46,371 bases of DNA, taken from Candidatus Heimdallarchaeota archaeon. Its GTDB lineage: Archaea; Asgardarchaeota; Heimdallarchaeia; Hodarchaeales; Hodarchaeaceae. Numbering within the stretch: the stretch's first letter is position 1; each line of letters opens with the position of its first letter. Position numbers and translations under genes: made by a program. Below, one piece after another: positions 40,988 to 46,371 of this stretch. Where the stretch lies: NCBI GenBank assembly GCA_020353515.1, contig CP070695.1, forward strand, positions 47,485 to 93,855. The letters are read 5' to 3'. The notes beneath the pieces were generated by a model, which saw only the letters and a program-made list of their open reading frames with translations, searched no databases and was not told the DNA's origin.

Positions 40988-41309
40988 TGATAGATATCCT
41001 CTTTAAATCCATTTCTTTCGATCTAACAATAACAATGGTTAAAACACCATTTTTTAAAGTAGCTGAAATATTTTCTGACTTAACACCATTGTTAACGGAA
41101 AATTCTTTATGTAATTCTCGATTACCGATTTTACCATCAACAATAATAAATTTATCATTTTCTAAAAATACATTTAATGTTTCTTTATTAAAACCCGGTA
41201 CCAACAATTCTAGAACAGTATTATTTTTTTTATCGATATAGATTCTATCAGATAAATCAAAATAAGGATATACTGACCAATTCCACCAGAACAAATCATC
41301 TACTGCCAT
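40980..41309 (-). CDS. Small heat-shock protein (Hsp20)
   Basis: LLVPGFNKETLNV..ENISATLKNGVLTI. Confidence 0.85.
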   Translation of the reverse strand: MAVDDLFWWNWSVYPYFDLSDRIYIDKKNNTVLELLVPGFNKETLNVFLENDKFIIVDGKIGNRELHKEFSVNNGVKSENISATLKNGVLTIVIVRSKEMDLKRISIND

Positions 41310-41574
41310 TTTATTCTCCTTGTATCCATAGTACCCTCAAATAATCCTCTCCATATCGAGAATCCTTATATCTCTAATATGTTTTTCTAATACCCCCAAT
41401 TTATATATATTTATATATGTTTCACCATTATTAACCGCCTTTATAATTCTTTTGGTCAATTTAGGTATTAACTTTTCAACAGCAATTTCCCAACTCTGCT
41501 CAGCATTAGCATTAGCTTTTGGTAAATCATCTTTCATTTTTGATTCCCTTCAATATTCAGAATATTTTATTTCA

Positions 41575-41988
41575 TCAATCTGCCCGCCCCATAATTGGTA
41601 AGTTAGCTTCAATCGTAAAACGGTCGGCAACTGCAACCCCCTTGATCACTTGTGTTAATAATTTCAGGAATTTACGGCGCACATACAAGGTAGCCATCGG
41701 TTCTTCCGATCCAGCCGTCCATTCTATTTGAAATCGAAATTCATCATCAGCCTTAATTGCTTGTCCCGCAGCTATCGACAACATATGCACGCGATCAAAC
41801 AACTTAAATGGCCCATTGACTGAAGTAAAATAAACATAGGCTGGATTTTCATCATCACCCTCACAACTTGCCAAAGTTAATAAATCCTCGAAACAATTGA
41901 TAGATTCGACAAGTGACGCAACCTTTTCATCAACCCATGCATTAACTTTTATTAATATCTCATTATGTTTCATTAACATTCCTAACAA
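41575..41988 (-). CDS. Hypothetical protein
   Basis: 137 aa; VDEKVA.LV..IN..TLASCEG; locally higher GC. Confidence 0.55.
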   Translation of the reverse strand: MLGMLMKHNEILIKVNAWVDEKVASLVESINCFEDLLTLASCEGDDENPAYVYFTSVNGPFKLFDRVHMLSIAAGQAIKADDEFRFQIEWTAGSEEPMATLYVRRKFLKLLTQVIKGVAVADRFTIEANLPIMGRAD

Positions 41989-42201
41989 TATCCATTAGAC
42001 AAAGCCCCTTCTATACACGATCTACAAATTTGTACTATTATAACGGTATGCGCAGGTTTGTCTTTTTCTAATGTAGTGTCCAATGTAGTTATTTTAAGTT
42101 TTTCTCCACATGAACAGAATACTTCAGTATTATCCATTCTTTATCACCCTTTCACTAAATATTATGGTTCTATTGTTTCTAAAGATGTATCAAACCACAA
42201 T

Positions 42202-42558
42202 CTACTTTTGATGTCCATAACAATCATCTCTCCCATATATCCGATAATCATATTCATATTCGGTTACACGCACCCACTTTTCACAAACTTCGTCGGAATT
42301 TTTTAATTTTCCCTTATATGATAGATAATATGATGGCGATCCAAAACGAATTAATCCTCCACGATCACCAATAAAACCACCTGTAATTTCTGGTGGATCA
42401 TTAATAATACATATGTGTTTAGTGTTATTATAATATACCCAAATAGGTCCACCTATAAAAAAAAGAATAATACACAATACAATAGACAAGGTTATCAGAA
42501 ATTTTTTCATGATTTTAATTTCTATTTTTAAGTTTGCACCAAAAACAAGATGTTGCAT
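42202..42558 (-). CDS. Membrane-anchored protein (paralog of 38832..39098)
   Basis: TM segment followed by ICIINDPPEIT..YYL.YKGK..C.KWVRVT. Confidence 0.6.
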   Translation of the reverse strand: MQHLVFGANLKIEIKIMKKFLITLSIVLCIILFFIGGPIWVYYNNTKHICIINDPPEITGGFIGDRGGLIRFGSPSYYLSYKGKLKNSDEVCEKWVRVTEYEYDYRIYGRDDCYGHQK

Positions 42559-43814
42559 CTTTAATCATCTGTCTTATTTGTTCTGGGGTTTCTATTACGA
42601 AGATTCCTCTGATATCTCCCTCTGGTACATCACTACATATTAGCCATGTTTTAAATTGTTCATCATCTATTTTTCTGAGATGAATAATATGATCAATCAT
42701 CAACGTAAATTCACACAATGGATCTTTATACGCATTTCGCAATACCACACTTCTCAATTCATTTTTGTAATAAGGAAGACCGTGGCAAACTATAAATCTA
42801 TCCAATATATATTTCTCCTATTTCTAAATTTTTTAATTCATCTTTAATAACTTTATAATAATCCAATAAAAGTTCTTTACCTAATTTTTCCGCATGTTTT
42901 TGGGCAAGACAAAGATTATGGTATAGTCTTGGCGTGGTTCTTTGGGTAGCTGCGTTCCTTCTAATACTTGCTTGAATTTTCCATTTGGCAACAGATGTAT
43001 TGCCAAGCCTATAACAATCTAATACCAATAAATCAGTTTCGGCTTTATGCCAATTCTTATTCACCGATTTCCATTTAAGATTTTTCATAAATCCCTATCC
43101 CACCCTCACTGTTTCTGATTAAGCCTATTTTTTTTAATAGTTTATTTTCTTCTGCATCTGTGCTGGTTGTACATAGCTGTTGCCAATGCATTTGACATAT
43201 CGGTCTTTCAACGAGGGTTAAAAATGGAGAATGTTTACATCTAGGAAATTCACATTGTTCGATCAAATGGTCCATCAATATACTTTCTTGCTTCTTTTGT
43301 AATTATTGGCCTTATTTTTAACATTTTTATAGAAACTGGAGGATAATAAATTGTACCTACTGGAACACACGAACATTGACAAGTCGGCCTATCTCCGAAC
43401 ACTTCATCTGGTACCCAAATAGCCCCGCAGGCTGAACAATATTTATTGGGAAGTGATTTAATGTTTCTCATAATCTTCTTCTTCAACTTTGATATCTAAG
43501 TCAACATCAAAAATTGATAAAATTTGTACTTCCATTATTTTAAAACTCCAATTTTACTTCTCCAAATATTTTGAAAAATCTACCAAAGTATCCATCAGAT
43601 ATACTATTTATACATTCTTCTGAACACCATCCAGCAAGAACCTTACGACCATCCTTCGTTTGTACATGGCCACTCCATATTCTTGCGGTCTTACCACATT
43701 TTATACATTTCTTGGTTTGTGTCATTTTATCTTCCAATCTCAATACGATAATATATATTATAATCTTTTAAATCAGATATTTTCCCATATGGATCAAATT
43801 GATTATCGACATAA

Positions 43815-44420
43815 TTATCGTGTTGTTTCATATATAGTATTTACAGTTTTCATATGTAACGATTTTAGAAAAGAATTTCTCCATTTGCGGTATAAATCAT
43901 ATAAATCTTGACACTGCCCTTTACAGCTACTTCTGGATATCAATCGGTCAAATCCTTCTGTGCAAAAATTATATGCATACATTTGCGATTGAGTAAAAAT
44001 TCCAAAATTAATTGATTGAATAATTCTTTTCTTATCAAAGATTCTTAGTTTGCTACTAATAATTTTCCACCAATGATTTGGAGCCCTTTCTCCCCTTGGG
44101 TAATTTGCTAAATCTTCAAAAAATGAGATAACATATTCACATAATTCATTAAACGATAATTGATTTGGGTCAAGTTTATTAAAGGAATTTTTAATCAAAT
44201 TTGATTTAGCGGGACAAGAAAGTGGAGTAGCTGGTTTGTTAATTGTGGTAGTCCTTCTTATTCCCAAGGCTCGTCGCCTGTCTCCTATAGTTCTCGTGTG
44301 CCATGAATATCCTATTACTTCTCGTAGTTTCTGCTGGATATACTTATCCGTTCTACCGTCGTTCGCCATATGTTTTAACATATCCATGGCCAGTTTGTTA
44401 TTTGTTAAATATTGTTTCAT
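43815..44420 (-). CDS. HTH-domain protein paralogous to the N-terminus of the putative TerS
   Basis: TDKYIQQKL..YSWHTRTIGDRRRALGI versus TDKEIQQRL..YKWNIGTISRQRRAMGI. Confidence 0.65.
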   Translation of the reverse strand: MKQYLTNNKLAMDMLKHMANDGRTDKYIQQKLREVIGYSWHTRTIGDRRRALGIRRTTTINKPATPLSCPAKSNLIKNSFNKLDPNQLSFNELCEYVISFFEDLANYPRGERAPNHWWKIISSKLRIFDKKRIIQSINFGIFTQSQMYAYNFCTEGFDRLISRSSCKGQCQDLYDLYRKWRNSFLKSLHMKTVNTIYETTR

Positions 44421-44786
44421 TATAAATCTTCCTTATTTCTTACATGTTTTATAGCAACAAAACAAGACATCCATAATATTATATAAGAAGGTGGGCAAGA
44501 TGTTTTTGAAGAAATTGAGAAAGTGGGCGAAGTGTATAAAAAAAGGATATCCTAAATTTATGCGGGGGTGAAGAAATTGGGCCGGTTGTGATTGAACCCC
44601 CCCGAGTTATCGGACCTCCCCGAGTTATCGGACCAAAACATATTATACCCACTCCCCTTATCGGACTACCCAGGTTATCGGACTAAAATTGGCTCTGAGC
44701 AAATTATCGGACCTATTTGATATTACTCCAGAGAATGCCCACGAAACTTCCCGAATTATCGGACGAATCTTTTTTTTCTTTTTTCC

Positions 44787-44815
44787 TTGCTTCCTTGCCC
44801 GAGGTATCCTACAAT
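44787..44815 (+). promoter_or_regulatory. Sigma70-type early promoter
   Basis: TTGCTT(44787-92)-17 bp-TACAAT(44810-15) with an upstream T-rich UP-like tract. Confidence 0.65.
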
Positions 44816-44857
44816 ATAGGTGTAGGCAATAGGGCCTACATTATGGGGAGCAGAGAA

Positions 44858-44968
44858 ATGAAACTTATCGGACTTATCTTCGGACTGGCAATTGGGGCAT
44901 CGGTTATCGGACAACTGCTTTCGGTTTTGGCTTGTGTTTTTCATGGCCTATCTTCAGTGGGGCTTTAA
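44858..44968 (+). CDS. Small hydrophobic peptide (36 aa)
   Basis: MKLIGLIFGLAIGASVIGQLLSVLACVFHGLSSVGL after GGGGAG. Confidence 0.5.
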   Translation: MKLIGLIFGLAIGASVIGQLLSVLACVFHGLSSVGL

Positions 44969-44986
44969 TAGCAAGGGGCGATAACT

Positions 44987-45175
44987 ATGAATATCAAGGC
45001 TGGCGACATTGTGACAACGACATTCTCGGACGAATACTTCGTGGTTGAAGAGGTTTGGTCCGATAAAGAATTCCTTGCAATCGGTGGCTTGGTTATCCAA
45101 ATATCGGACGTTGAAGAAGTTTTGGATTCTGAGCAGATAGCCGACATTTTATTGGACCGCGATCTTTCGTGGTGA
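44987..45175 (+). CDS. Small early protein (SH3-like)
   Basis: RBS AAGGGG; MNIKAGDIV..FVVEEV. Confidence 0.6.
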   Translation: MNIKAGDIVTTTFSDEYFVVEEVWSDKEFLAIGGLVIQISDVEEVLDSEQIADILLDRDLSW

Positions 45176-45185
45176 GGTGATTAAA

Positions 45186-45422
45186 ATGAAGTACACACGG
45201 ATAGCTTATCGGACTAACAAATCCCATAGAAGCTATGCTTCAATACCACACCTTTGGTTATCAGACTTTCTGGATTGGTTGGAGCTATCGGACGCTGAGG
45301 TTATCACTACTGTATCTGTTGGGGAACAACCATTATCGGCCTTTTCCGCACCGAGCGATTGGCCAAGTTATCGGAACTGCGAGTTGTACACTCGTACTGT
45401 TTTTCTTGTCAAGGAGCGATAA
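45186..45422 (+). CDS. Hypothetical early protein
   Basis: RBS GAGGTG upstream of ATG 45186. Confidence 0.55.
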   Translation: MKYTRIAYRTNKSHRSYASIPHLWLSDFLDWLELSDAEVITTVSVGEQPLSAFSAPSDWPSYRNCELYTRTVFLVKER

Positions 45423-45423
45423 A

Positions 45424-45672
45424 ATGTTCGGCAAAGCGACACTTGAAATCCCACGTTCCGATAATGGAACGTTGAAGGTCTGCGGTTTATCGGACGAATT
45501 GGCCATGTGCTACGGCAGAGTTATCGGTAGGACGTTATCGGAACAAGATGGATACGTTGTGGTGACGCTTGAATCCGGTTTGGTCAAGGTTATCGGATAT
45601 GATACCCTATTCGACCGACTAACTATCGGACGTTTAGTTCCGAATTATCGGAACACCAAAAAGGAGAACTAA
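45424..45672 (+). CDS. Hypothetical early protein
   Basis: RBS AAGGAG; start MFGK at 45424 rather than track start 45235. Confidence 0.6.
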   Translation: MFGKATLEIPRSDNGTLKVCGLSDELAMCYGRVIGRTLSEQDGYVVVTLESGLVKVIGYDTLFDRLTIGRLVPNYRNTKKEN

Positions 45673-45674
45673 CC

Positions 45675-45764
45675 ATGTTATCGGTCTTTCTCGTGTGTTG
45701 TGCAATGGTAGTTATCGGAATCGTGATCTTCGTGGTGAGACTGAAAGAATTGGATGGCCTATAA
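45675..45764 (+). CDS. 29-aa membrane peptide
   Basis: RBS AAGGAG; MLSVFLVCCAMVVIGIVIFVVRLKELDGL; TAATG coupling to next ORF. Confidence 0.5.
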   Translation: MLSVFLVCCAMVVIGIVIFVVRLKELDGL

Positions 45765-45892
45765 TGTTCCGATGGTTACAACAACTTATCAGACGTTGGA
45801 TGGAGCGACGTTATCGGACAAGGAAGTTAAACCAAGATTATAGGCAGTATCGCCAAAACAAAGAGGCACTTGAAAAAGGGGATTCGTTATGA
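45764..45892 (+). CDS. Small basic protein
   Basis: MFRWLQQLIRRW...; TAATG and ATGA overlaps with neighbours. Confidence 0.5.
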   Translation: MFRWLQQLIRRWMERRYRTRKLNQDYRQYRQNKEALEKGDSL

Positions 45893-46326
45893 GCCGAAAG
45901 AAAAGGCCGGTTATCGGACAGACGGGTAAAACAGTACTTTCTAAAGCCGTACTGCGTATGAGGTTCCGCAGGAAAGGTATTAAGTACCGATATTATCGGG
46001 CTGGTTCGGGATGGGTTGCCTATGTTTGCGGACCTTTTCACAGCCGATATTATGGCGTTTCTGCTATGGGGTTTTGTGGTCCGGTAACTACTGACAGCGC
46101 AACAGGTATCGTGAAACAGTTATCGGACAAGCAGCGCGACGCTATAGCTAAGGATCGGGCTAAAGTGGCGCTGAAAAAAACACTCGCTAACAATTTTTCA
46201 CGCATAGTGAAACTGCGCAACATGCTGTATTCGGACGTGGACGAGGCCGATAATGTGGGGAACGTGGACCTGCGCTTATTGGACGAAGGCGCAAGGAACG
46301 TTCCGATAACGGAGCAGGGAAAATGA
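45889..46326 (+). CDS. Basic hypothetical early protein
   Basis: 145 aa; RBS AGGGGA; ATGA overlaps on both ends. Confidence 0.6.
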   Translation: MSRKKRPVIGQTGKTVLSKAVLRMRFRRKGIKYRYYRAGSGWVAYVCGPFHSRYYGVSAMGFCGPVTTDSATGIVKQLSDKQRDAIAKDRAKVALKKTLANNFSRIVKLRNMLYSDVDEADNVGNVDLRLLDEGARNVPITEQGK

Positions 46327-46371
46327 GAATATCGGACGAACAGAGGCGCTGGTGTAGGATTGTAATTTTCG

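Larger units (their letters stand above)
44600..46337 (+). repeat. Dense dispersed TTATCGGAC motif array
   Basis: Exact 9-mers at 44607, 44625, 44658, 44675, 44704, 44756, 44865, 44904, 45206, 45487, 45811, 45911, 46120 (+) and 45058 (-); 32 TATCGG cores in total. Confidence 0.95.

Noticed and set aside
286-44454. Antisense or nested track ORFs (e.g. 286..606, 3371..3877, 18018..18320, 19218..19610, 33765..34118, 44236..44454)
   Set aside because: Shadows of well-supported genes on the opposite strand or frame, without recognisable motifs
44600-44764. Possible CRISPR array
   Set aside because: Repeats are only 9-17 bp, spacing is irregular (17-52 bp), the motif continues inside genes, and no cas genes are present
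44717-44944. Track ORFs 44717..44968 (5' part) and 44756..44944 (-)
   Set aside because: They overlap the predicted promoter and T-tract; the better start is ATG 44858 with an RBS
44600-46337. TTATCGGAC as a DnaA box
   Set aside because: Shares only TTATC with the consensus TTATCCACA; the conserved CACA is absent
1-46371. Stop-codon reassignment
   Set aside because: Core genes are full length under the standard bacterial code and coding density is high
1-46371. tRNA/rRNA genes, integrase or prophage boundaries
   Set aside because: None recognised by eye; tRNAscan/Infernal would be needed to exclude small RNAs

Overview
This window is part of a large, AT-rich (roughly 30% GC by eye) tailed dsDNA phage genome. 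Positions 1-27.9 kb hold a minus-strand late/virion module: putative sigma factor, putative TerS, glycosyltransferase, GDP-mannose 4,6-dehydratase, ERCC4 nuclease, intein-containing TerL, portal, prohead protease/scaffold, head decoration protein, major capsid protein, large fibre-like neck proteins, adaptor, tail completion and major tail protein. A short plus-strand island (28.0-31.2 kb) encodes a DNA MTase, ClpP, a MazG-like protein and an HNH nuclease. Positions 31.2-44.4 kb carry minus-strand accessory genes (two ATP-grasp proteins, SMC-like ATPase, DUF3326, SAM decarboxylase, Hsp20, many small ORFs). At about 44.6 kb the coding strand flips, GC rises sharply, and the DNA becomes saturated with one motif, TTATCGGAC. 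I counted 32 TATCGG cores by hand in about 1.75 kb, 26 of them on the + strand, both intergenic and inside genes in all three reading frames. The array is flanked by a gene whose HTH-like domain is paralogous to that of the putative TerS. This is the most unusual signal in the window. Other notable items are a G13 tract upstream of a duplicated neck-anchor domain, Ser-Gly enrichment of virion proteins next to sugar genes, and a recurring (G/T)GTGTATAA(T/A) late-promoter motif. All functional calls come from recalled motifs and synteny; no database searches were run.
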